From NCBI RefSeq assembly GCF_006345805.1, contig NC_043009.1:44082001-44146000 (forward strand): a stretch of DNA of 64,000 nucleotides, in the 5' to 3' direction. Made by a program: the position numbers and the translations under genes. Under the pieces are notes generated by a model. It worked only from the letters and a program-made list of their open reading frames with translations. It was not told the DNA's origin and did no database searches. Numbering within the stretch: the stretch's first letter is position 1; each line of letters starts with the position of its first letter. Source of the stretch: Octopus sinensis (lineage: Eukaryota). Below are positions 1 through 13,322 of the stretch, piece after piece.

Positions 1-751
1 ACGAATTCTATACCCCGTGGCCTAAGCCACCGGAAAAGGTTTCATTGTTTTAAGGGGTCTTGTTATTTTTCTGTTGGTATTAGATTTATTTTTTGGTAGG
101 GTTCTTTGTTTCTTCTTGTAGCTCTTCACTCTTTCTTTCTCTCACACACATTCTTTTTTCTCTCTCCCCTTCAAAACGAAAACAAAAAACTGATATATTG
201 TTAGTTTCGCAGATGGACAAGGCAAGATAATGGACCCCGCTGTGACGTACGGAATGGCTATAGTTCAAATAGTCAGGCTTGTCTTTGAGACTTTTAGTTT
301 CCTTGCCAAAGCTATATTTGTTCTTTCACTTCCTTCCCTCCACTCCATTCCCACCCGACCAAAAGAAATGAAAAATAAAAACAAAAGTTCTTCTCTCCCC
401 CCCTCTCTCTTTCCCTCCCTCTCTCTCCCCCTCTCTCTCTCCCCCTCTCTCTTTCCCTCCCTCTCTCTCCCTCTCACCACCCTCATTTTGTTAGCACCAA
501 AAGAACAGTGTATCATTTTTCTTTCTCGTTCTAAATCCATGTTGTTATTGTTGCTACTGCAATTGATGGTGATGATGATGATGATGGTGATGGTGTTGTT
601 GTTGTTGTTGTTGTTGTTTGCCGCTAGGGGGCGAGTTCATAGACAATCATATATACTGTCATTTAGCATTAGTTTAAATTAGGCTGCAACAAGAACGAGA
701 CTTCTTAGGAATGTTCAACCATTAACATTTAAGAAAGATAGATGTGGACAG

Positions 752-761
752 AAGAAAGAAA

Positions 762-826
<65 letters not shown>

Positions 827-827
827 A
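752..827. repeat. (GAAA)n microsatellite
   Basis: Direct reading of the sequence. Confidence 0.95.
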
Positions 828-1639
828 AAACAGTGATAAATCTTTGAATATCAAAAATTACTACTTCATCACCTAGCACCACTACCATCACCACCTTTAC
901 CACTAACGTTACCATTGCCATCATCATCATCATCAACAACAACAATAACAACACCATTACCTTTGTCTTTCGTGCTTTCCTTTTCTTCCTTCTACCGTTT
1001 CTCATTGACGTTGACATTCTCAAAGACAGCATTCAAGATAAAGATCATCAGAGCTAAACATATGAAAAGGAATTCTTTAAACAGTGTGTGTGTGTGTGTG
1101 TGTAATACGCACATACATATATGTGAGTGCATATTTGTGTGTGTGTGTGTGTATGTGTGTGTGTGTGTGTGTGTGTAATACACACATACATATATGTGAG
1201 TGCATATTTGTGTGTGTGTATATGTGGGTGTGTGTGTGTGTGTGTGTGTGTGAAATTTTCTATGGGTGTTTTTTGTAAGAAGAATATACAGTTAAGGGCA
1301 AGCTACAATACTGAGCCGAAAATAATATTTAATTATTAATTGCTTTTAAAAAAATGTTGACACAAGGGAGGGGATTAATCGATTACATCAACCCCAGTAC
1401 TTGACTGGTATTTTGTTCTATCGACCTCGAAAGGATGAAACGCAAAGTTGACCTCGGCAACATTTGAACTCAGAAAGTCAAAAGCCGGAAGAAATGCAGC
1501 GTAACATTTTCTTCGGCGTGTTAACGATTCTGCCAGTTTGAGGTCCCTTTTTTTAAAATTATTAATCGCAGTTATAAATGTATTATAAACGGTTCGCCAA
1601 TCCGTTTAATAATGTTTTCAAATTTTGGTACAAGGCCAG

Positions 1640-2028
1640 CAATTTTAGAGGAAGGATTAAGTCGATTACATCGACCATCTGTATTATTTTATCGACCCCG
1701 ATAAAACTAAAGTCGACCTCGCCGGAATTTGAACCCGGAACGTGAACACGGACGAAATATCGCCAAGCATTTTTGCTTGGCGTGCTTAACGATTCTTATT
1801 TTTTTATTGCCCAAAAGAGGCTAAACACAGAGGGAACAAACAAGGACAGACAAAGAGATTAAGTCGATTACATCGACCCCAGTGCGTAACTGGTACTTAA
1901 TTTATCGACCCCGAAAGGATGAAAGGCAAAGTCGACCTCGGCGGAATTTGAACACAGAACCTAGCGGCAGACGAAATACGGCTACGCATTTCGCCCGGCG
2001 TGCTAACGGTTCTGCCAGCTCGCCGCCT
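1640..2028 (-). mobile_element. SINE family B, tandem copies
   Basis: Head ggcggcgagctggcaga, B box gagttcaaattcc, core gcctttcatcctttcggggtcgataaa...agtacc. Confidence 0.85.
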
Positions 2029-3310
2029 TGCATCCGTTTAATATTAAACGAGAGAAGAAAATATATTTCTTGTTCGTTAGTAATAATAATTAAAATGTAA
2101 TGTTGATTCATATTTATTTGTTATTTATGTTGTATTAAATAAAAATTTAAAAAAGTCATGATAAAGTCCCAATTACATAGTATTTTTGTCTCAACTGAAG
2201 CTCCTTAATGCAATATCGAACTCGTGACGACAGGATTTCAAATCATAAAGTCGATGAGTGAATGAAAACGCCCACAGGATTCTATCCCTGCCTCTTTAAA
2301 ATATAGCAGATGCTCCAATCAATTGTGGTGGGAGGAATCCTAGCTACCATTCATTGCGTGTTCGCTAAAGATGACGGTAGCCACATCGTATAGTCTCTCA
2401 CTGATGCAACTGCTAAAGATATGCGTCGAACCAAGCACGCGCACACGCACACACACACGGAACTGCAATAGCTAAGGGAAAATAGCTTGAAGGGAGAATT
2501 TTTCCGTAAACACTTGAAATTACAAAATTTGATGCAAAGAAAAACTCTTTTAGCGTTAATGAAGCTTTTCCCCCAGAAGTGACAAGAGAGAGACCTGTAG
2601 AAATTCCAATCAATAAAAAATTTGAGATTCTCGAAAGTGCAATGTAAAATGCAACTATGATCCTTAATTTCAAGGCATCAATATATAAAATGTTTGCTGT
2701 ATGCCTGAAACTAGAACATCTGATAGAATATTCTAGAGGCCAGTGATCAGGTCATGTTAGCAGCCCTTGGGCAAATCACTACAATGGCCTGTATTGTATT
2801 TATTTATTTTCAGCAAGCCACCACATACATAGATCAAAATTGCCCCCATCCTCAACCCCACTAGGTCTGTGAGGCCCCTGAGCAACCGCACAGTGTGCCC
2901 ATGTCTTAAGATGATACTACCAGTGAAACCCCAAATAGCCAAGATTAGGACAAATTTCTAAAGCACTAAAATGTATATTGACTAATGTTTGCTACCGTGA
3001 TGTTTTGGAGATTATTTAAAAATGAGGTATTTCGTCGCGCAGAAATTTAGTGTGATATGCAAAAACCAAAATGATTTTTGGTTTCAACGCCCCTAAAATT
3101 AGTGAAAATATCTGATATAAATCAGCAAAAACTATGTTGTCTTGTTGACCAGCGTTATATTCTACAAATGCGCAGAGAGCCTTTTTTCTTTTCTTGCAAC
3201 GTTTAGAGCAATGTTTTTGAACCATTTCTTACCCATGGACCCTTTGCTTCTTATATTGCTCGGATGGACCTTACTAGCCATTCGGTGTTTTTAAAAAATC
3301 CTATAATATT

Positions 3311-3881
3311 TTTTGGGTTGTCCGGAAAGTCATTGCCGGTTTTTAAAGAAAAGAAAAAGGTCAATAAATACTTGCCATTTACATTTTTAATCAACCAAAT
3401 ATGAACCATTTTGTTGCACAATGCGTCTCTATCTTTCCTTTAACTTGAAAATACCCTCTTCCAGAATTGAGGTGGTTTCATGGCAAAGAATTCATCAAGG
3501 TATCTTTTTACGTCATCCAAGGAATTGACATTTTTACCATTAAGACTATTCTGCAGAGACCTGAATAAGTGGAAATCCGAAGGAGCAATATCTGGTGAAT
3601 ATGGAGGGTGGGGTAACACATCCCAGCCGAGCTGCAGCAATTTTTGTCTGGTTCCCAAAGCATCAAGTGCCGAAAATGAACTTTTTTATCTTCCATTTTA
3701 AAGGATTACAGAATTAACACAGGTTATAGGAACATAAACCTTCTTCTACGAAAAGATAGCTTAAACCGTGCTCTAAATGGAGGTGTAGTCAAATCCTATT
3801 TTATGGACTCAGGCATGTTAAAAAAATAAGTCGAAAGGTAAGCTACTATAAATCGGCGTGAACTTTCCGAACAACCCAATA
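3311..3881 (-). mobile_element. Internally deleted mariner element with both TIRs
   Basis: Inverted termini ttgggttgtccggaaagt (3313) and actttccgaacaacccaata (to 3881). N-terminus MEDKKVHFRHLMLWE is fused to C-terminal GTRQKLLQLGWDVLPHPPYSPDIAPSDFHLFRSLQN (mariner YSPDLAP motif). Confidence 0.9.
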
Positions 3882-4087
3882 TTATTAGGAATTGTACAAA
3901 AAAAATAAGACATTTTGTATATTGTAAGAAGCAAAACTAATTTATTGCAAATAACTTTTAACAGCAAAATCTTGTATGGAGCCCCAAGGACCATATGGAT
4001 ATCAGTTGATAAGCACTGTTTTAAAGAGTTCTTTTTATTAAACGTAAAAAAGATCTCTAAATACATAAATATTACCAAATATTTCAG

Positions 4088-4220
4088 ACCGTGGCATCTA
4101 AAACTAGAAGAAGCTTCGGCCCCGTTCCTTCAAATATCATCTTTGAATCGGCTCTAAAGTTGTCCGAGGATTCCTGGCTGCGTCAAAGGATTTCAGCTGC
4201 TATCATGAGACATAAATTCG
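4088..4220 (+). CDS. Candidate exon of unrecognised gene: TVASKTRRSFGPVPSNIIFESALKLSEDSWLRQRISAAIMRHKF
   Basis: Non-repetitive, GC-balanced island; tatttcAG acceptor; 44 open codons +1 nt; only plausible donor is non-canonical G|GCAAGA. No family recognised. Confidence 0.3.
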
Positions 4221-4784
4221 GCAAGAGTCCTTTCTTTTTCAGTTGCCGAAATAACAGATGAGGGAAATATAAAAAAGAAAAAGTACAAGGAACATTATAC
4301 TCCTTCTACTTTTACTTGTTTCAGTCATTAGACTGCGGCTATGCTAGGATTCTGCCTCGAAGGGTTTTAATCGAAGAAATCGATCCCAGTACTACAAAGT
4401 GAGAGTCTTAACCACACGCCTGTGCCTGCGTCTATGACGAACATGCAGTAGATTCTTGGATATTTTTCTATATATTTACTCCTTTTTTCTATATATTTAT
4501 CACATGTAATCAATGGTTCATAGTCCCAACCAATGGCTAATTAGCTGATAGAGCACTCTCAGCGAATAACAGCTTCAATTAGATGAAATACGGGATCACT
4601 GTATGTGTGTGTGCATGTATGAGTGTGTATACTGTGTGTGTGTGTGTGCGCGCGCGCACGATTGTGTTTTGCATGGCTTTAGATGTTACAACAGTTCAAA
4701 ATTACCAGCCGGACAGGTTGTCACCCTTGTCTTTTTTTAATCATAATTAGAAATTAATAATTCTTTCCTCCTCACGATGAGTGT

Positions 4785-7700
4785 AACATATATATATATG
4801 TGTGGGAAATTCTGTCTGTGGGTGTGTTTGTTTGCGGAGTTGTTAGCTAACTTCTACATCGTTTTATCGATTTTGATGAAACTCGATATGTGAGTAGAAC
4901 TCATGTCTGGAAACCTCATGACATACTCAGATTGGTGAAAAAAATCGATAATAGGGCCCCTGGAAGGGATCTTTATATATAACTAATATATTTTATTTTA
5001 ACAGCCAAGGGAAATAACCCGTTCATTTTCCTATATTATTTGGTATATATCAAATTGAGTGTGCTTATTTCTTAGTATTTGAACTGTTAAAGTTATTTTC
5101 GCAATTTATCCAGTACAAACCTTAAACAAGTAAATAGCATTTTCCTTAACAATAGATCCACTTATTTAGGTTAGTGACTTATTCACGAATATACCATGAA
5201 TGACGATGCCTTTCATGTCACTTCAGCCACTTGACAGGCGCTGCATGAACTGTTCTGCTTTTAGACAAATGCACTGTCAACACAAAGGTCACACCCTGTT
5301 TACATATAGGAACAACTTAGAATCTCTCTGTACATCTTGAAAATGGCCAGCGTGTATATTTCACAGACGACAATGCTCGAAACGTAGTTCTGAATTCATG
5401 AGAGACCACTTTGACAGCTTTCTTCAAATTATGCCAGTGTGATCTGTTTGCCCGAACACTGTTGTATATAGAGGTCCCCGTGTACTATACCTGGGCATGC
5501 AATAGATGGAACAGACGCATTGGGGGCTGGGAAGAGGATGCTGTCTTCAGAAGTGGGACCATCGGGTGGGTGTACACTGTGCACCCTAATCAGAAGGAGT
5601 GCGTCTTTCTGCATCTACTGCTACATACTGTCAGAGGTCCTGCATCATTCACAGACTTTCGAAAACACAATGGGAAGTCTGCACGACCTATAGAGAAGCC
5701 TGCACCAAACATGGACAACTGGAGGACGATATCCACTGGGACCAGACACTGGAGGAGGCAGCAGTCCGCACAGCACTAAGTCAACTGCGCCAGCTATTTT
5801 ATATCCGGTTGATGACGTGGCTCGCATGAACTTCACAAGCTTTGGGCGATCCACAAAACCAGCATGGCAGAGGACATCTAGAAAGGATTCAAAGGCAAAC
5901 CTCAGCAGAAATTGCCATGTTCAATAACGCCATTTACAATGAGGTATTACTTGACCAGGACACCCGAGTGCAAGCTGTGGAGGTCAAGGCAATTCCACAT
6001 TTGATCTGCCTCAACCAGAGCAGACAGCAAACAATCTCGCAATTGAGTACCTGCGAGAAATCAGCTATGACATCGAGGAAATGAAGGCGTATATAGCTGA
6101 TAAAGAACACAAACTGATAGAGGACCAACTGGGTGTTTATAACACCATTATTTCGAGCATTGAAAATGAAAGAGGAGATCTTTTCTTTCTGGATGCTCCA
6201 CTGCTAAGTGGTGGCCCCACAGCTCATTCCTGTGTCAAACTCCCTTTGGACCTGTCCAAGAAAGAGAAGGCAAACTGCAACATCAGTCGTGGTTCTATAA
6301 AAGGCAAACTTCTGGGTGAATACAGGTTGATCATCTGGGATAAGGCGGCAATGAGCCATAAGGTTTCCTTTGAAGCTCTTGACATGTCCCTTCAGGATCT
6401 GAGACACAACAACAGGCTCATGGTAGGTGCTACAGTCTTGCTTGCAGGAGACTTTAGACAAACCCTTCCAGTGGTTCCAAATGGGACAAGAGCTGATTAA
6501 GTAAATGCCAGCATAAAGTCGTCCTACCTATGGATCCTTGTGCAAAAGCTAAGACTCACAACAAGCATGAGAGTGCAGCTCAGTGGTGATGATGCAGATA
6601 GAACCTTTTCAAAGCAACTGTTTGATGTCGGTAATGACACTTCGGTTGGCGAGAAGTATGGCCTGTAAGTTTGCATTTTGGATATATGGTATCTGATTTA
6701 AAGGAACTAATGAACAAGGTGTTTCCTAACCTGAGGAACGAAGTTTACATACCACAACTGGCTGAAAACCCGTGCCATTTTAGCTCCAAAGAAGGTGGGA
6801 ATTGGTGATTTGAACTTTAAACTTCTGGAACCGTTGCCATGTGAGTATCACATCTATAATTCCATTGCCGCTGTACTCAACATCGATGAAGCTGTGAATT
6901 ATCCACTTGAGTTCTTGAATAGTCTAACACCACCTGGCCTCCCACCTCACAACTTGCACCTCAAGATTGGGGCACCAGCTATGCTGATTCGGAACCTCGA
7001 TCCACCAAAGTCTTGTAATGATGATCATGCCAACAATCTTGAAGACAACAATCTTGACTAGTAAAGCAAGCGGTGAGCCTGTAATCATTCCTAGAATTCC
7101 ACTTATTCCCTTGGAGATGCTTTTCCAGTACAGGCGCCTGCAATTCCCGTTGAAACTGAGCTTTGCAATGAGCATTAACAAGGCCCAGGGGCAGTCCTTG
7201 AACGTGGTAGGTCTGAACCTTGCGTAACCAGTTTTCTCCCATAACCAACTTTATGTGGGATGCTCAAGAGTCGACTATCCTAATCATATGTTTATTTATG
7301 CTCCACAAGGAAAAAGTAAAAACATTGTTTATCAAGAAGCTCTGCAAATTTTATAAGATTCACCAAATCATCAGGTATTTATTTTTTAACTATAAAATTT
7401 GTAAGTGTTGTAAATGTATTGATAATCTACATGTTATTTTATTTTAAAATCTATATACAAATTTATTTGTATGTCTACTGTAAAACTAAATGTTAATCTG
7501 TTTCTACATTCATTGAAATCTATTTCAACACTAACTCCCCCGAGGGAAATATTCTCTGGGAACGCACAAAAGGCCTTTTCGGATTTTTTCCTTTGAATTG
7601 TTATTATCTCATATCTGATTAGCCTATTATTACGTAACATGCGTCACGATTTTAGTATTCATACCTTATTGGTATTTCCTCCTAAGTTCTATATACTATG

Positions 7701-7865
7701 GGAACGCATTAAAGACCTTTTCGGATATTCTCTGTAAATGCACAAAAACCGTTTTAATGGCTACGTACTTTGTATTGTTGTTATTGGATTAGCAAAACAA
7801 TTATGAGAACATATCCAAGGGATAAACCCCGCTTCTCCGGAAATTACCAGGTACGTCGGCTAAGG
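4785..7865 (+). mobile_element. Decayed Helitron (RepHel PIF1-type helicase pseudogene, Rep domain missing)
   Basis: Frameshifted fragments HLENGQRVYF, YTVHPNQKEC..L.LLL..VRGP.SF, LIIWD.A.M, LAGDFRQTLPVV, EFLNSLTPPGLPPHNLHLKIGAP.ML.RNL, RLQFPL.L.FAMSINKAQGQSL, QLYV.CSRV. Degenerate 3' hairpin/CTAG-like end near 7838-7865. Confidence 0.9.
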
Positions 7866-7996
7866 GTGATTATTTATGTTGGTTGTCTTGTTTTCCATTT
7901 GTGTTTTTCGTTGTTCGAAAACAGTACATATTCCATGTACTCGTACTTCGTTGTTTTTGTTGTACACGTTTCATGACGTCCTGTGCCCACATATCC

Positions 7997-8036
<40 letters not shown>

Positions 8037-8076
8037 ATAGATGTAATTATGTACATATACATATGTATGTATACAT

Positions 8077-8540
8077 ACTCTTTACTCTTTTACTCTTTTA
8101 CTTGTTTCAGTCATTTGACTGCGGCCATGCTGGAGCACCGCCTTTAATCGAGCAACTCGACCCCGGGACTTATTTTTTTTTGTAAGCCCAGTACTTATTC
8201 TATCGGTCTCTTTTGCCGAACCGCTAAGTAACGGGGACATAAACACACCAGCATCGGTTGTCAAGCAATGCTAGGGGTACAAACACAGACACACAAACAC
8301 ACACACATACATACATTATATATATATATATATATAATATATATATATATTATATATATATATAATATCACTATATACGACAGGCTTCTTTCAGTTTCCG
8401 TCAACCAAACCACTCACAAGGCATTGGTCGGCCCGGGGCTATAGCAGAAGACACTTGCCCAAGATGCCACGCAGTGGGACTGAACCCGGAACCATGTGGT
8501 TGGTTAGCAAGCTACTTACCACACAGCCACTCCTGCGCCT
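8077..8540 (-). mobile_element. tRNA-derived SINE family A, full length
   Basis: Head with A box tggctgtgtgg and B box gggttcagtccc, central (CA)/(TA) microsatellite, (aaaagagt)n tail. Confidence 0.9.
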
Positions 8541-9186
8541 ATATATATATTATTTATATTATTATATGATTGAACGCCACGCATCCTTTTCCAAGTAAGT
8601 TTTATCTTAATAATTCTGATGCGCACTCTATACGATCTTTTCACCCCTTTCGTTTTTCTTTTTCGCTCGCTAATTCTTTTACCTCCTCTTCTCCCACTAC
8701 TCTATCCTATTACTTTGTCACTCTCTCTCTCTCTCTCGCTCACTCCTCCCTTGCTCATGTAGCTCCCACGGGACCATCGGCCATCTGTCTTTCTTCTCCT
8801 AACTTGTGTTTCTTGTCTGTCTCCTGTCCAAGCTTGATTTACGCGTTCGCCACTACAACGCCATTTAGCTTAGCAGTCCCTCCTGTTTGTTTTCACTGTC
8901 CTGTTTGTGTTGCCAATTTTGACCATCCAAAAATCCCAAATTTTATTTAATTTGCTTTGCGGGAGCAACTGTTTTATCGAAAGCGTATATTGTTATTAAA
9001 TGCTCGAAATACGAGAGTAGAAAAACAACCAGCAACTGATGAAAAGTCGTTCTTTATGTTGTTTGTCTTGTTTTCCATTTTTTTCTCTTGTTGATTGCAT
9101 ATTTAACTCGTTAGTTTTCGTTTTTCCTGTTGTTTACACAGTTGGCGACGTCCCGTACCCGTATATGGTTATATATATATATATAT

Positions 9187-9289
9187 ATTCAAATTCGTTG
9201 GTGCTCTTGAGTTTCAAGCGTGATGATAGTCATCAGTGGCTGACGACTAGCATCATGCTTGAAACTCAAGAGTACCAACGAATTTGAAT
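9187..9289. repeat. 103-bp near-perfect hairpin
   Basis: 50-bp arms, 3-nt loop (tgg), two G-T pairs and two mismatches. Confidence 0.9.
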
Positions 9290-9719
9290 CAAACTGCTTT
9301 GATCCATATAAATATATATATACATACATACAAACATACATACACACATACATACATACACATATATATAGATACACACACATGTATAGAGATACGTACA
9401 CATACATACACATATACAAACATACATACACACACATAACATACATACTTTCTATTTGTTTTCCTACCCCGTTTTCTATTTTTCATTCTCTTCGGTTTTT
9501 CTATCCGCAACCCTTTCCCTCTTTCTCTCTCTCTCTCTCTATGCATGTATATGCACTCACGCAAACACACAAACACACACACACACACACCACACACACA
9601 CACACACATATGTTGGTGGTGGTATGTATAAACACAGACATTTGTCTCCTGTCTATCTTCCTTTCTCTCCGCCATCGTTTTCTCCTCACTCCGCCTCTTT
9701 CTGTCTCTCCCTCCCTCTT

Positions 9720-9764
<45 letters not shown>

Positions 9765-9766
9765 TG

Positions 9767-9805
<39 letters not shown>

Positions 9806-11267
9806 TATATATAATATATATATATACATATATAAAGAGAGAGAGAGAGAGCAGGATATATATATATATATTATATATATATATATATATATATCTTCCT
9901 CTCCCTCTCCTTCTCTCACTCCCTCTCTCTTCCACATTTTGCTCTCACTTTCTATGGCTCCACCCACTCTCAATGATTTGCACATAAATTCAAAGATCGC
10001 CTTATCGCACATAGCAGGTGTTGATTTAATCATCCAACAGAAGCAGGAATAAAAATAAATGGAAAGAAAGAAAGAAAGAAAGAGAAAGAAAAGGAGGAAG
10101 GAAGTAAAACGAAACGAAACGAAAGAAAGGGGGTGCAATGAGAAAGAGATTGTGAAAATAACAACGAGTAGGAGTGAAAAACAAGACTTGATACTATCAC
10201 ATTCAGGCCATGCGTGTAACATATCAGAACATAGGTCGTCTGTTTTTTGTCCAAATATACTGTACGTGCAGCTATTTAGAGAGGAGAGAAGTCAGAGGTG
10301 ACGAACACATGGTTTATTTCAGTGCACGCCATTTTCCCTTCATATTGTTGACCGTGATGAAGTGACCAACATCAGAAATGGTATCAGTACGTTAAGTACC
10401 AGTCATATACGACGGATGACAAAGAGCGATTGACTGACAGAAACTGTAGTACTGTTTAGTGTAATGTGTAGTGTTGCGTAATGTTGTTGTTGTTGTTCTT
10501 GCTCTTTTTCTTGTTGTTCCTATTCTTGTTCTTGTTGTTTAGCCCATTCAGCCGCAGCTGGACAAATCTACGATCAAAGATATTTCAGCCATGGCCATCA
10601 TTCCTATTCTTCGGGCATTGTCTACCTTGGAGTACAAGATCAAATCAAATATGTCCTTTTTTTTTTTATTAAATAAAACACAAAGTCGCCCCTTCATCAG
10701 TTGTCGGCTATCTGTGTGTAGCATGTCGAACAGATATGAAGCAGCGTCTATTTTTTTTTTAATCTGCATGGTAGCACCTTACAAGGGGCAGAAAATTTCA
10801 AGGGGCAGCAAATTTCAAGGCAACGCTAAAGGAACTACTGGGTGTTTAAAGGGACCGTGATTTTATTTAGAAGTAACAATTTTAAGCAAATTGAAATCAA
10901 AAATTTTGTCGGTCTTAAAACATGAACCAGATATTGTGTTATCAGTGAGCAGAAACATGACTGATGATGCACCAAGACCTAATATAATTTCATTATGTAA
11001 GTCCCCACTTTTTTTTTTAGTAATTTAACATTGGGGTCACTATTCACACAAATGTCTAAGTGTAGGACATTGCGTAATCATTAAGTAGAAACATGACTGA
11101 TGATGTGCCAAGGACCAGTATAATTTCATTATAGAAGCCCTTACTATTTAGTAATGCAGCATAGGAGACGCTAGTCTATAAAATTATCATTGTGTTGTCA
11201 GTGTGCAAAAATAGGTCTGATGTTAAACCAAGGCCTTATATGATTTCATTATATATGACTTCACTAT

Positions 11268-11500
11268 AAGGCGGCGAACTGGCAGAGTCGTTAGCACGCT
11301 GGACGAAAAGCTTACGGTATTTCGCCCGTCGCTACGTTCTGAGTTCAAATTATACCGAGGTCGACTTTGCCTTTCATTCTTTCGGGGTCGATAAATAAAG
11401 TACCAGTTACGCACTGGGTTCGATGTAATCGACTTAATCCCTTTATCTGTCCTTGTTTGTCACCTCTATGTTTAGCCACTTGTAGGCAATAAAGAAATAT
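11268..11500 (+). mobile_element. SINE family B
   Basis: Matches the other family B copies. Confidence 0.85.
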
Positions 11501-12218
11501 ATATCCTTTCTGAGTCGATAGGTGTTAGTAGTACCAATGAAACACCTGGGTCGTTGTAATCGGCTAGTATCCTCCCCCAAATTTCAGGCCTTGTGGCTAT
11601 AATAGAAAGGATTATATATGTTCTCACTTACTTCAATAATTCACAGTTAAAAAAATTAACACAGGGGTCACTAGTTTATGCAAGTACCTAATGTAAGGCA
11701 CATACTGGTTGGGATACAGTAAGAAAATATGACTGATAAACCATTGTCGACCATCTCATTAAAAGTCTGTTGGAGTTTTTTTTTTTTCTGAAAATATGGG
11801 AAGGGATGTTTGCAAGGGAAGCACTGAACTATAAAAGATTAAAAACCACTCAAATTATTGGGAAAGTTGAAAATAAAGGCAACCTATCGCAAAAATTGTA
11901 TTTTACTTGACTTCAAATTGTAGATTAATCAGGGAAAACAGTAAAAATTGATTCTTAAAAGCAGAATACATCACTCTCCTAATTACTTCTCATCTTTCCT
12001 ACGCACAACAATGCACTACTTTAAATTATTTAACAGTTCACGCTTCCCACGCCTGTTGACCACTTATGTAACTTTCTTTGTGTACATCGTGTGTGTTTGT
12101 GCATCTGTGTATTTTGAGTACTTGTGTGATTTTCTTGTCTGTACGTGTTACGCTGTGTTTGTTGAATATGAAATTTTACGAATGAACATAGCATCATGAA
12201 AACCACTCATACATACGG

Positions 12219-12279
<61 letters not shown>

Positions 12280-12299
12280 TATTATTATTATTATTATTA

Positions 12300-12338
<39 letters not shown>

Positions 12339-12357
12339 TATTATTATATTATTATCA

Positions 12358-12391
<34 letters not shown>

Positions 12392-12447
12392 CATTATTAT
12401 TATTATTATTATATTATTATTATTATTATTATATTATTATTATTATC
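12219..12447. repeat. (TAT)n microsatellite
   Basis: Direct reading of the sequence. Confidence 0.95.
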
Positions 12448-12967
12448 ATTGAGTGAGAGAGCAGTTCATGCCATCAAAGTGACACTGGGGTAAAATATAC
12501 GAAGCCCAGTATACCCACCATGACTACCCGTCTGATAAGGGTACACTAGGCACATGCATCACAACCATATGTGCGCGACATGGTGATCTCATATCAAAAT
12601 AAACAGCACATGACCTTGCAGGTGGGGCCCAGTTAGAATTTTCTTCAGGTCGAGTAACCCATCCCACTCGAAAGGTCCCTGAATAAGGGTTGTTTAAGGA
12701 TGTTGAACGAAACACCCATTTTTCCAGAGGTGAATTATTCAAACCCCAAAGAATCCCTCTCAACACATAGCTATGATTCTCCCCCACTACTTCTGCTCGT
12801 GATCAGAGATGCACATATCGTCAGCCACTAAGGGACATGCTCAACTGGTTAAGGTCAAACAACTGACAAGCAAATATATGGTATTGAGCAGAATATTTGC
12901 TGTAGCCCATCTTTTATACCAAGACAAAACAATGTACATGATAACACTTCCAATCAGTTAAGATCAG
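12448..12967 (-). mobile_element. Retroposon 'family C' copy flanked on both sides by (TAA)n
   Basis: Matches 31824-32134 and 51620-52160. Confidence 0.75.
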
Positions 12968-13163
12968 TATTATTATTATTATTATTATGTTTTTTCCTTC
13001 TTTCTTAAAATTTTCTTCCGTTTCTCACCGAGTGTTTTCCATACACCTAGGGCAGAGACGGGCATTGTATGCATTCCCAGATTACACGCGCAAATTCACA
13101 GATAAAATATGTATTTAAAAATTAATAAATAAATAAAATCATGGATGGAAGTTATTTTCACAG

Positions 13164-13231
13164 CGATAGTGCTCTTCTCAGTACATGAGCCATTCCAGTT
13201 AATACGATTTTTTGCACTTCCTGTCGGGATG
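13164..13231 (+). CDS. Candidate exon of unrecognised gene: (x)IVLFSVHEPFQLIRFFALPVGM
   Basis: Strong ttattttcacAG acceptor and ATG|GTAAGC donor; 68 nt, open only in phase 1. No family recognised. Confidence 0.3.
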
Positions 13232-13262
13232 GTAAGCCTGGAATCATTTTCAAATAGGTTTC

Positions 13263-13322
<60 letters not shown>

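Noticed and set aside
2308-2374. Signal-peptide-like MLQSIVVGGILATIHCVFAKDD after an AG
   Set aside because: Short, cannot be linked in phase to other candidates, and an equally open antisense reading exists.
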